The translations under genes were made by a program, and so were the position numbers. From a virus (lineage: Duplodnaviria > Caudoviricetes), in IMG/VR virus record IMGVR_UViG_3300005804_000121, positions 1 through 30,811 of that record: DNA of 30,811 nucleotides; one strand, 5' to 3'. Under the pieces are notes generated by a model. It was given only the letters and a program-made list of their open reading frames with translations. It had not been told where the DNA came from and did no database searches. Positions 16,367 to 24,793 of this stretch are shown here, piece by piece; position 1 is the stretch's first letter; every line of letters starts with the position of its first letter.

Positions 16367-16792
16367 ATGGAAGCCAAGCTACTGGAACGCATCAAAGATC
16401 AACTGGTTAGACACGAAGGTCTAAGGCTTAAGCCATACCGCTGTACAGCAGGTAAGCTGACCATCGGTATTGGTCGTAATCTCGATGATTGCGGTATCTC
16501 CCAGACCGAAGCCTATGTGCTCTTGGAGAATGATATCCAGAACTGCGAGAAACAGCTCTTGGATGAGATTCCGGAGATATACAATTCTTTGGATGAAGTC
16601 CGCAAGTCCGTGCTTCTTAATATGTGCTTTAACATGGGGATAAAAGGACTACTTAGCTTCAAGAATACGCTTGCTTTCATTGCTGCCGGAGACTGGGAAC
16701 GGGCTGCCAATGGCATGCTGGCTTCCAAGTGGGCAAAGCAGGTTGGCCGCAGAGCAATTGAGCTATCTGAACTGATGAGGAAGGGCAAGTGA
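16367..16792 (+). CDS. Phage lysozyme / endolysin (GH24, T4-like)
   Basis: HEGLRLKPYRCTAGKLTIGIG fits E-x8-C-x5-T; also NMCFNMG and SKWAKQVGRRA. Confidence 0.92.
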   Translation: MEAKLLERIKDQLVRHEGLRLKPYRCTAGKLTIGIGRNLDDCGISQTEAYVLLENDIQNCEKQLLDEIPEIYNSLDEVRKSVLLNMCFNMGIKGLLSFKNTLAFIAAGDWERAANGMLASKWAKQVGRRAIELSELMRKGK

Positions 16793-17247
16793 TTCCGATC
16801 CCGGTCGAGATAGATGCCATGCTGTCTATCCTTAACCTGCCTAAGGAGATGGGTGATAATGGCATCTTCAAAGAACATCGGACACTCGTACTGGAGATTG
16901 TACGTTCGGTTGTTTTACCGGAACACTATGCCCGGGCAATCCAGGATGACATGCCCGAGGATGATCCCTTCTTGGTCTCTTTTCGTTTTGGGTTCTCTTT
17001 CCTGATGCTGCACAGTACTTGTGAGTTTCTCAATTTAAAGACCCTGGGCGAGGGAATAGTCAAGACCGTAGGATTAGACCAGTCTGCTACCGAACTGCTC
17101 ACAGGTAGCGAAATTGACGCATTCAAAGCCAACCTTGAGCTGAGAGCACTGATAGGACTTCGGGACTATCTCAATCCTGCTGGTATGCTGAGGTTGGATG
17201 AGCTGAAACCCAGACCTCCGAGAGTGATCCGGGTGGGAGTGATCTGA
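16789..17247 (+). CDS. Phage structural protein, possibly a head-tail adaptor
   Basis: Coupled by GTGA overlap; size and position precede the neck genes; no diagnostic motif. Confidence 0.5.
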   Translation: MIPIPVEIDAMLSILNLPKEMGDNGIFKEHRTLVLEIVRSVVLPEHYARAIQDDMPEDDPFLVSFRFGFSFLMLHSTCEFLNLKTLGEGIVKTVGLDQSATELLTGSEIDAFKANLELRALIGLRDYLNPAGMLRLDELKPRPPRVIRVGVI

Positions 17248-17735
17248 TGCCGGATAGCTATACCACTCCGGATGAACTGATGCGGGAGATCTACCTGGCT
17301 ATCTATGCTGCCTTGGAGAGCCGTCTGCATTTGATCGGCTCGACTATCGATGCTGACTCCCGCAAAGAGATACTGGCACAGCAGATTTACGATAAGGGCG
17401 ACTTCTACGGCAATACAGGGTATCTGGTCGAGACCAGTCCCGATGCTATGATCCTCAGAGTAGGTTCCAATGTGAAACACGAACCATTTATATTGGGTGG
17501 CAAAGTGCCTTCCTGGACTCCGATTGCTCCACTGATCGCTTGGGTCGAACGCAAGCACCTGTCTTGGACTGATAAAGAGACAGGGAAGCTGCTGACCGTA
17601 GCTGAGATCGCTTATCTCATCCGGGGCAAGATCAAGCGGGAAGGCACAGCTGCCCGTAATGTATTTGCTCAGGTTATCGCTAACCGGGAGCAGTGGATAT
17701 ATCAACAACTGAATTCTATCGAGGTGAGTCTATGA
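17247..17735 (+). CDS. HK97 gp10 / Mu gpG-like neck (tail completion) protein
   Basis: VGSNVKHEPFILGG...PIAPLIAWVERK...AYLIRGKIKREGTAARNVF pattern. Confidence 0.6.
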   Translation: MPDSYTTPDELMREIYLAIYAALESRLHLIGSTIDADSRKEILAQQIYDKGDFYGNTGYLVETSPDAMILRVGSNVKHEPFILGGKVPSWTPIAPLIAWVERKHLSWTDKETGKLLTVAEIAYLIRGKIKREGTAARNVFAQVIANREQWIYQQLNSIEVSL

Positions 17736-17737
17736 TC

Positions 17738-17772
17738 AAGGGAAAAACGAAAAGGGAAAAGGGAAAAGCTGA
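17738..17772 (+). repeat. Five tandem imperfect heptamers
   Basis: AAGGGAA-AAACGAA-AAGGGAA-AAGGGAA-AAGCTGA in the gap between two structural genes. Confidence 0.6.
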
Positions 17773-17802
17773 TATGGTGTGCTTCGCACAGGGAGTTATT
17801 AA

Positions 17803-18204
17803 ATGACCGCACATGATAAGTTTATCGCAGACAGGAAGCGCATAGTCGACGCATTGGGATTTTCTGATATCCCGACCATCCTGTTCAACAAAGATGCTAT
17901 CCCCAAGCAGTTACCTTGTGCTATCGTGATCCTGGACTCTGAGACTGGCAAGAATGGCACAGTTCGCCAGTTTGTGAGTACTGATCTGGCATGGACTGTC
18001 TTCCTGATTGTCAATGCTCAGAATGTATCTGATCCGGATTCCGACTTGTATCAACTCAAAGAGAAGTTCCGGTCTTTCTATCTCAAGCTGATGAACCGGG
18101 ACTTGCCCAGTGTGGAATACTACACCAGCCGCATCGACGGTACCAGACTGGTCAGGATCGCCAAGATCGACCTGCTCAAAGCAGGGACAGGAGCCTCTGC
18201 ATGA
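17803..18204 (+). CDS. Putative tail terminator / completion protein
   Basis: 133 aa with LPCAIVI and alternating beta-strand segments; follows the gp10-like gene. Positional inference. Confidence 0.45.
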   Translation: MTAHDKFIADRKRIVDALGFSDIPTILFNKDAIPKQLPCAIVILDSETGKNGTVRQFVSTDLAWTVFLIVNAQNVSDPDSDLYQLKEKFRSFYLKLMNRDLPSVEYYTSRIDGTRLVRIAKIDLLKAGTGASA

Positions 18205-19388
18205 GAGTGATGCGACTGGGTGGATATAACCTGGCTATCAGTTCTGCCAGTGAACTCCTGGATACCAAGTACAAGCCTGAGCCGATTGATTTATCCAAAT
18301 GCAGCCGGGTCGGGAAGCAACTGATCTCCAAGGCAGCCGAGACCAAGAAAGTAGTCTCTCAGCCCTATTCGATGAGCAACCTGCTCAACCTCCTGGATAC
18401 CGATGAGTACCACTCCGGCTGTGTGGATGCCCTGTCAATGGCAACCGTGATGGAGTTCGACTGCAAGAACAGCCAGGTCAAGTCCTGGATGGAAACTGCC
18501 GAGTTCCCTGCCTGTGAAGACCAGACCACTATCCTGGCAGAGATGATCAAGTTCTATCTCGCCTGTGGGAATGGCTTCCTGATCAAGATGCGTAACGCTC
18601 AAGGACAGTGGATGGGTTTGGAACGCATGCTGCCCAGTGAAGTACAGATCGTAGAGAACTATGACGAGTTCGGCTTCTTTCGCCCTAACTATATCCAGGT
18701 GAAGAACAACCAGAAGAAGGACTTCGCCTATGCCGATATCATCCACATCAAGAAAAGCACTCATAAGAGCAATGCCTGGGGCTTAGCCTGCCTGCCCATA
18801 GCCATCAATGTCGAGATTTTAAGCGAGATCAAGACCTTCGACTACAACAACTTCAAGAACGGTCTCATGATCGACTATTTCGTGATCGTGGAAGGTGGAA
18901 CGCTCAGAGACGGGACTGTAACCGATGAACAGGGTAATGAAGTTCTGACCGATGCCTATACCGAGATTGAGAAAGCCCTCACCGAGGTCAAAGGCAATGC
19001 CAAGAGTCATTCTACCGTACTAATTGAGAGTGAGAGCCGGGACGTGAAGATACGCCTTGAGCCACTACGTCAACAAGACAGGGAAGGTGGCTTCATCACT
19101 CTAAAGAAAGACCTCAGAGAAGGTATCTTCGCTTATCACCGGGTCCCGGCAAGGATTGTCTCACAGCTTATCCCAGGGCAGCTTGGTGGTGATAACAAGA
19201 GCGATATGCTGATGTTCTACCACTTCGTAGTCAAACCACTGCAGAACCGCCTGGCACTTACCCTAGCAATAGAGTTCAACTTTGAGTTCGGATGGAAGCT
19301 CACTCCGGACGACTTCAACTTCGGTAATCTAACCGAGAAGCTCCAGTCTGCGGATGAGCAACTCTTTATGCAGAACCGCAATCTGTAG
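18201..19388 (+). CDS. Portal protein, PBSX / P2 gpQ-like family
   Basis: HSGCVDAL, FYLACGNGFL, DIIHIKK...WGL, NNFKNG, IFAYHRVPARIV and VVKPLQ motifs; 395 aa; precedes the protease/capsid gene. Confidence 0.85.
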   Translation: MRVMRLGGYNLAISSASELLDTKYKPEPIDLSKCSRVGKQLISKAAETKKVVSQPYSMSNLLNLLDTDEYHSGCVDALSMATVMEFDCKNSQVKSWMETAEFPACEDQTTILAEMIKFYLACGNGFLIKMRNAQGQWMGLERMLPSEVQIVENYDEFGFFRPNYIQVKNNQKKDFAYADIIHIKKSTHKSNAWGLACLPIAINVEILSEIKTFDYNNFKNGLMIDYFVIVEGGTLRDGTVTDEQGNEVLTDAYTEIEKALTEVKGNAKSHSTVLIESESRDVKIRLEPLRQQDREGGFITLKKDLREGIFAYHRVPARIVSQLIPGQLGGDNKSDMLMFYHFVVKPLQNRLALTLAIEFNFEFGWKLTPDDFNFGNLTEKLQSADEQLFMQNRNL

Positions 19389-19478
19389 GCTTCGGAGCAA
19401 AGTAGATATGAAAACAACCCACGGATTATCCAACAACCTATCAAACAATCAACCCATCACTAACCCTAAGGAGGTACA

Positions 19479-21221
19479 GTGAATATCTTCGGAACTAAGA
19501 GCAGGATCGTCAAGAAAGGCGAACTGCGTAATGTGGAAGTCGAGCTGGTCTCGCTCCTCTTTGACGAGATGAACCCGGCAAACCAGAAAGGCTTTGTGGT
19601 CAAGAATGCCAGTGGCAAGAGCTTTGAACACAAGATCAACTCCACCAAGTTCAAGAGTGAAACGAGAGGCACTCAAGGGCGGCTTTACGTCACCCTGATG
19701 GAGCCCAACATCCATGACTCCCAGGGTGACTATTATACCCGGGAAGAGATTCAGAAGTCCTGCGATCACTTCGCCCGGCATGGCCTGATGGGACGCAACG
19801 ACGTCAATCACAACATGCATCCGGTACCGGAGTTCAGCGTGGTCGAGAACTACATCCTCAAGACCTCTGACCGGGAACATTTCCCCGATACCAAGGTGGG
19901 CTCCTGGGTGCAAGTGCTCAAGTGCGAGAACCTGCAGAGTGAACTCTGGCAGAAGGTCGAGAAAGGCGAGTTCAATGGTGTTTCCATCTATGGCAGAGCC
20001 GATGACTACAGCGGAACCGAAGCCAGCCTTGCCGAGATCAAGAACGAACTGGGCAGCCTACGTAAGGTAGCGGAACTGAACAACAACAGTGAGATGCAGA
20101 AAGGCATCACTGCCATCACTGAGCGCATCACTGAGCTTGAGAAGAGCAGTGGAACCGTAATCGTCTCGGAAGCCATCAAAAGCATCGAGAGGAGCCTGAA
20201 AGACCTCTCAGTCACCATGACCAGAGCCATCTCCAAAAGCATCCCCGGTGAGCCGGATGGTGATCATTCTTCAGGGGATAAAGAGGTCATGATCGATGGT
20301 AACAAGATCGTGGTCAAGGCTTCGCACCGTGAAATCTACAAAGGCATCTCCGATGTAGATTCCGGCAAGGCCATGAACATCCTCAATGCCAATACCACTT
20401 CTCTGTTTATCGATGAGGTGATTGGCAGCCAACCCGGTGATACCCTCTCCGATATCTCGATTATCCCGCTCCTCAAAGACGAGAAGATCGATGCCGGACT
20501 GATCGATGACCTGGTCTTCAAGAACAGCCTGGATGGTGCTCTTACGGCTCAGACCGTAGCTACTGCAGACCTGTCTGTCCCAACCGGTATCCTCAATGCC
20601 GAGTTCACCTTAGGCAGGGATGTGGTCGAGTTCTATAAGGACAAGTATGGCGAAGATGCCTTCGGTGCCTATGTAGAGAATCACATCGCCAAGAAGACCG
20701 AGAAGGCTATCCGTCTGCTCATCTTCAATGGTGATAGAGTCTCTGCCACTGCCAAGCTGAAGGGACTGGATGGAGTGATCAAGCTCGCTACCACTGCCAC
20801 TGATGTGACCAACCTTTCCAAGACCACCTATACCGACTGGGCGAAACGCTTTGAAGCGGCTCTCCTGGCATTCTCGGATGAGATGCTGGAAGAGCAGGAG
20901 AACTTTAAGTTCTATGTCAGCCAGAAAGACCTGATCCGCATCAGAGCCGAACTCGCCAAACGTGAGACCGGAGCCGGAGACAGACTGCTGCTTGAAGGTG
21001 GCAACGTGTCCTTTGCCGGTATCCCGGTCAAACCCAGACTGATGACTGATGATTACATCATCGGCGGACTGCCCAAGTTCATCATTATCGGCTATCGTAC
21101 CGATGCCGAACTCAAGGTTGAACATCATGGCGCGGACTGGAAGTACCACTGGTATATCCGTATCCGTCCCGGGATCACCTACATCTCTGGCTTCGTGAAA
21201 GTGTTCAAACTTACCACCTAA
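19479..21221 (+). CDS. Fused XkdF-like prohead serine protease + scaffold-like coiled coil + major capsid protein (P2/PBSX-like)
   Basis: N-terminal ELVSLL...PAN, DSQGD, NDVNH, GSWVQV and GEFNGVSIYG protease motifs; central coiled coil; C-terminal capsid region with FNGD...DGVIK and KRETGAGDRLL...FAGIPV. RBS TAAGGAGG, GTG start. Confidence 0.8.
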   Translation: MNIFGTKSRIVKKGELRNVEVELVSLLFDEMNPANQKGFVVKNASGKSFEHKINSTKFKSETRGTQGRLYVTLMEPNIHDSQGDYYTREEIQKSCDHFARHGLMGRNDVNHNMHPVPEFSVVENYILKTSDREHFPDTKVGSWVQVLKCENLQSELWQKVEKGEFNGVSIYGRADDYSGTEASLAEIKNELGSLRKVAELNNNSEMQKGITAITERITELEKSSGTVIVSEAIKSIERSLKDLSVTMTRAISKSIPGEPDGDHSSGDKEVMIDGNKIVVKASHREIYKGISDVDSGKAMNILNANTTSLFIDEVIGSQPGDTLSDISIIPLLKDEKIDAGLIDDLVFKNSLDGALTAQTVATADLSVPTGILNAEFTLGRDVVEFYKDKYGEDAFGAYVENHIAKKTEKAIRLLIFNGDRVSATAKLKGLDGVIKLATTATDVTNLSKTTYTDWAKRFEAALLAFSDEMLEEQENFKFYVSQKDLIRIRAELAKRETGAGDRLLLEGGNVSFAGIPVKPRLMTDDYIIGGLPKFIIIGYRTDAELKVEHHGADWKYHWYIRIRPGITYISGFVKVFKLTT

Positions 21222-21252
21222 CCACAAACAACAATAGATTAAAGGAGTATCA

Positions 21253-21603
21253 ATGGACTTCATCATTGCCAACCAAGCCTTCATCTTAGGGCTTATCACC
21301 ACCCTGATCGTCTGGATCATCTTTAAGATAACGGGTAAGACCTTGGATAAGACCAAGATCAACTCCGCTCTGGCGATCATCCTCGACATCATCCAGGATA
21401 TCAAGATCAACCCTGCCACCAAGGACCTCGATGACTATGCCAAGAAGCAACTGGCTGTCGAGCGTGCTACCAAGAGCCTCCCCAGTAACCAGACCAATCT
21501 GGTCATGAATATCTTCGGTACGATCGGGGGAGCAGTGGAATACGTCTTCCATAACCGCAAATGGCTGTTCAGTATCGGCAAAGCCATCAAGGGAGTATTT
21601 TAG
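21253..21603 (+). CDS. Putative holin-like membrane protein
   Basis: N-terminal hydrophobic helix (FILGLITTLIVWIIF) then amphipathic helices with AKKQLAVE; strong RBS. Confidence 0.5.
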   Translation: MDFIIANQAFILGLITTLIVWIIFKITGKTLDKTKINSALAIILDIIQDIKINPATKDLDDYAKKQLAVERATKSLPSNQTNLVMNIFGTIGGAVEYVFHNRKWLFSIGKAIKGVF

Positions 21604-22152
21604 ATGCCTAACCCCATCTCCCAACCGACATATCCGGCTCCTATGGTGGAGTCGGATTTGCAGTTCAGTGCCCTGATGGATGTGATGATTGCCGACGATA
21701 TCTACTTCGGGATAGGCACCTATACCGAGACCGATATCAACACCCTCTATGCCACTCAGGGTAGCACCAAGACCGAACTGACCACCAACTTCGATCTGCT
21801 GGGAGAACTTGCGGAGAAGCCCGGTAAAGCTGACTCCAAGATCACCAAGCTCAAGACTCGAAACTATGCCATACCCGGTAAGCGGACAAGCACCGTGGAA
21901 CTGACTATCGTGGGTCTGTCCACCAAGCAGAAGAACTTTCTTGAGAGCTCTGCCTTCATGGGCAAGAACACTACTATCGTAGTCACCTCCAAGGGACTCG
22001 ACAGAGTGGTGATCTTCAATGGTCTGCGCTGGACAGTGGACTGGTCAGGTGAAGCTGACGGTCTGTTTACAGTCGTGATCAGCACCGAGTTCTCCGGAGT
22101 CACTTCCAACAAGATCTTCTTGCTTAAGGATATTCCGGCAGCAGGAATCTGA
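21604..22152 (+). CDS. Putative major tail (tube) protein
   Basis: 182 aa, Thr/Ser/Gly-rich and beta-rich; upstream of the frameshifting chaperone and tape measure. Confidence 0.6.
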   Translation: MPNPISQPTYPAPMVESDLQFSALMDVMIADDIYFGIGTYTETDINTLYATQGSTKTELTTNFDLLGELAEKPGKADSKITKLKTRNYAIPGKRTSTVELTIVGLSTKQKNFLESSAFMGKNTTIVVTSKGLDRVVIFNGLRWTVDWSGEADGLFTVVISTEFSGVTSNKIFLLKDIPAAGI

Positions 22153-22184
22153 TGCCACTAACCATTAACGAACAAGGATAAGAC

Positions 22185-22385
22185 ATGGATTGCCAATGCA
22201 AACCCGAGATCAAACAACGCATCGACAGTGTGCACGAGGAGATCTACGGCAATGGTAACAGCAATAACTCACTGGTAACTCGTATGGCGAGAGTGGAGAC
22301 GAACATGAAGCTGCTTCTGGGCGTCTCCACTACCCAGTTCTTCATGCTGATCGGCGTTGCCATCAAGATGTTCTTTGGACAATAG
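22185..22385 (+). CDS. Small coiled-coil protein with C-terminal TM helix (XhlA/holin-like)
   Basis: SLVTRMARVETNMK followed by hydrophobic LLLGVSTTQFFMLIGVAIKMFF; RBS AAGGA. Confidence 0.55.
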   Translation: MDCQCKPEIKQRIDSVHEEIYGNGNSNNSLVTRMARVETNMKLLLGVSTTQFFMLIGVAIKMFFGQ

Positions 22386-22401
22386 AAAAGGATAACATAC
22401 T

Positions 22402-22752
22402 ATGAAGCGAGAACCCCAACTCAGCTATAAACAACTGCGGCAGATACTCTGCCTCACGATCTCCAATACTACCCTGAAAGCCAAGTTAGAGGACTTCCTC
22501 TCCGGCAAGGTAACCAAGTTCAGTGAAGTGGAACTGCTGGAGATCATCTCCGAATCGGAAGCCGACAAGGAGCTTATCCGCATCATATCTAACCATGACC
22601 CTGACGAGATGGATGCTTTGGAAGCCTTGGAGCATATCTCTGCTTTTTTCGTCTATATCAGAGCCAGCAAAGAGAGGTTCAGCGCTTGGCTCGGGAGTTT
22701 CGGATTAGCAGTCAAGGTGCAGGAAAATACCCCTACGAGAGCTTCGAAATGA
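22402..22752 (+). CDS. Tail assembly chaperone (gpG-like, zero-frame product)
   Basis: Lies between tail tube and tape measure; contains slippery heptamer T TTT TTC at 22644-22650. Confidence 0.7.
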   Translation: MKREPQLSYKQLRQILCLTISNTTLKAKLEDFLSGKVTKFSEVELLEIISESEADKELIRIISNHDPDEMDALEALEHISAFFVYIRASKERFSAWLGSFGLAVKVQENTPTRASK

Positions 22753-22862
22753 TAATGCGTAAGCTTGGCTTCACCACTGAGGACTTCGCTAACCTGACCC
22801 TACCGGAGCTGTACCTGCGGCTCTGCCTGACAAGTATGAAAGCCTACAGAGGAGACATCTAA
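22650..22862 (+). CDS. -1 frame extension of the tail assembly chaperone (gpT-like part of a ~153-aa gpGT fusion; not in ORF track)
   Basis: The -1 frame is open from the slippery site to TAA 22860-22862: RLYQSQQREVQRLAREFRISSQGAGKYPYESFEMIMRKLGFTTEDFANLTLPELYLRLCLTSMKAYRGDI*. Its stop overlaps the next ATG (TAATG). Confidence 0.7.
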   Translation, partial: RLYQSQQREVQRLAREFRISSQGAGKYPYESFEMIMRKLGFTTEDFANLTLPELYLRLCLTSMKAYRGDI

Positions 22863-23680
22863 TGGATGCACTGATCGGCTGGATCGGAGGTAAACGCCTC
22901 CTCCGCAAAACTATCTCACAATACGTACCAAAGGACATTCAAGGCTACATCGAGCCTTTCGGTGGTGCTGCCTGGATGCTGCTCTTCAAAGACAAGTGGG
23001 GCGATCTGGAAGTCTATAACGATCTTGACTATCGCCTGGTCAATCTCTTCCTGCAGGTGAAGTATCACCCGGATGAACTGATCAAAGAACTGGATTTTCT
23101 TGTAGCCAGCCGTAAGCTCTTTGGTGACATCCTCAAGCAGGAAGGTCTGACTGAGATACAGCGAGCTGCCAGATTCATGTTCCTGATCACCAGATCATTC
23201 GGATCGAAAGGTGACAGCTTCGGCACCTCTCAGAAACGTGGTACTTCCAGTATGTACAACCGCTTGGAGCGTATCAAGGAACTGCACCGGAGACTGGACA
23301 TGGTAATCATCGAGAACCTCTCCTACGAGAAAGTGATCGAGAAGTACGATACCAAGAGCAACTTCTTCTACTGCGATCCACCTTACATGCTTGGCTATAC
23401 CTATGAGAACTCCAAGCAGTTCAGTCATGAAGCTCTCAGAGACATCCTCAAGAGCATCAAGGGCAGGTTCATCCTCTCCTATGATGATAACCCGGAAGTG
23501 CTCAAGTTATACAAAGGCTATGATATCAGGCATGTTACCCGAACCAAGGGTATCAACCGCAAGGAAGGCAAGTCCGAGTTCAATGAAGTGATCATTGCCA
23601 ACTTTGATCTCGTAGATATCGATCAGGACACAGCCAAGACCAAAGCCAAAACCACCAAAGAGATCAGGGGGTTATCGTGA
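22862..23680 (+). CDS. DNA adenine methyltransferase, Dam/D12 class (copy 1)
   Basis: WIGGKRLL, EPFGGAAW, EVYND, FFYCDPPY and FILSYDD motifs. Confidence 0.92.
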   Translation: MDALIGWIGGKRLLRKTISQYVPKDIQGYIEPFGGAAWMLLFKDKWGDLEVYNDLDYRLVNLFLQVKYHPDELIKELDFLVASRKLFGDILKQEGLTEIQRAARFMFLITRSFGSKGDSFGTSQKRGTSSMYNRLERIKELHRRLDMVIIENLSYEKVIEKYDTKSNFFYCDPPYMLGYTYENSKQFSHEALRDILKSIKGRFILSYDDNPEVLKLYKGYDIRHVTRTKGINRKEGKSEFNEVIIANFDLVDIDQDTAKTKAKTTKEIRGLS

Positions 23681-24459
23681 ACAGTATCATCTCCTGGGTA
23701 GGTGGCAAGCGTCTCCTCCGAAAGAAGATATTGCCGCTCATCCCCAAGCATGACATCTATTGTGAAGTCTTTGGTGGTGCTGCCTGGATACTATTCGGCA
23801 AGTCATCTAACAAGGAAGACTGGCAGTTGTCCAAGAATAGCCGTTACACCGAAGTCTACAATGATATCAATGGTGATTTGGTGAACTTCTGGAAGTACGT
23901 AAAGCAGCACCCTGAAGCGTTTGTGACTGAGTTGAACCAGTATCTGGTATCGAGGGAGATGTTCGACACGTTCACCCAACATGAGCCCAAAACCGAGCTT
24001 GAACGGGCTATCCGATTCTACTTCCAATTATCCTGCAGCTACGGCTCAAGAAGCAAAAACTTCTGCATCATGCAGGGCTACAAATATATGCCACTACGAA
24101 ACCTCGAAAAGGTGAAAGCAGCCTCGGATCGGCTCAAACAGGTGATCATTGAAAAGCAGGACTTTGAGAAGATCATTACCCGCTTTGACACACCCAACAC
24201 CTTCTTCTACTTAGACCCCCCATACTATACAAAGGAGCATCTATACGACAGAGAAGACGCTGATGCTTTCACCAAGCATGAAGAGCTTGCAGCCGCACTG
24301 AAGAACATCAAGGGGAAGTTCCTGTTATCCTACAATAACGACCCTTACATCCGCACACTCTATCAATGCTTCATCATAGATGAAGTCGAAGCGCAATACA
24401 CCGTCTCAGGTGCATTCCAGACTGAGACTGAGCTGTTGATTAGGAATTATAGAAGTTGA
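23677..24459 (+). CDS. DNA adenine methyltransferase, Dam/D12 class (copy 2)
   Basis: WVGGKRLL, EVFGGAAW, EVYNDING, FFYLDPPY, FLLSYNN and ELLIRNY motifs; GTGA overlap with copy 1. Confidence 0.92.
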   Translation: MNSIISWVGGKRLLRKKILPLIPKHDIYCEVFGGAAWILFGKSSNKEDWQLSKNSRYTEVYNDINGDLVNFWKYVKQHPEAFVTELNQYLVSREMFDTFTQHEPKTELERAIRFYFQLSCSYGSRSKNFCIMQGYKYMPLRNLEKVKAASDRLKQVIIEKQDFEKIITRFDTPNTFFYLDPPYYTKEHLYDREDADAFTKHEELAAALKNIKGKFLLSYNNDPYIRTLYQCFIIDEVEAQYTVSGAFQTETELLIRNYRS

Positions 24460-24760
24460 AGTTGTTTATTCTCTCCAGAGCCGCAGAATGGAAAAGTGCA
24501 TCAAGTTTCGATAACCATTCTAATTGAGAAGTACTGATACCCATTCTATTGGGATTCTGCCTAGCCTTTTTATACAGTTCTGTGATTTCCTTAGCAAGCT
24601 TAGATATCAGCTCACCGTCTTTATGGTGCTTAACAAAAACTCTTATCAATTCGATGTTGAATATTAGAGAATTTTGCAAATCATCATTTGATGCTATGTT
24701 CAAGGATTCCAGCATAGCTGGCAGATTTTCCATCATTATTTTTTGTGATTCCATTTCCAT
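24440..24760 (-). CDS. Hypothetical helical protein (moron)
   Basis: Antisense to the tail operon and visibly AT-rich, with its own RBS (GGGAGG) and promoter. Its 3' end overlaps methylase 2 by 20 bp. Confidence 0.7.
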   Translation of the reverse strand: MEMESQKIMMENLPAMLESLNIASNDDLQNSLIFNIELIRVFVKHHKDGELISKLAKEITELYKKARQNPNRMGISTSQLEWLSKLDALFHSAALERINNFNFYNS

Positions 24761-24793
24761 TGGAACCTCCCTTATCCTTATAAAAGATATCCT

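Noticed and set aside
17738-17772. CRISPR array
   Set aside because: Only 7-bp tandem units without spacers; no cas genes or repeat-spacer arrays were seen anywhere in the window.
20610-21422. 270-aa minus-strand ORF and the many other antisense or nested ORFs over phage genes
   Set aside because: They overlap well-supported genes on the opposite strand or in another frame, and are expected shadows of codon bias.
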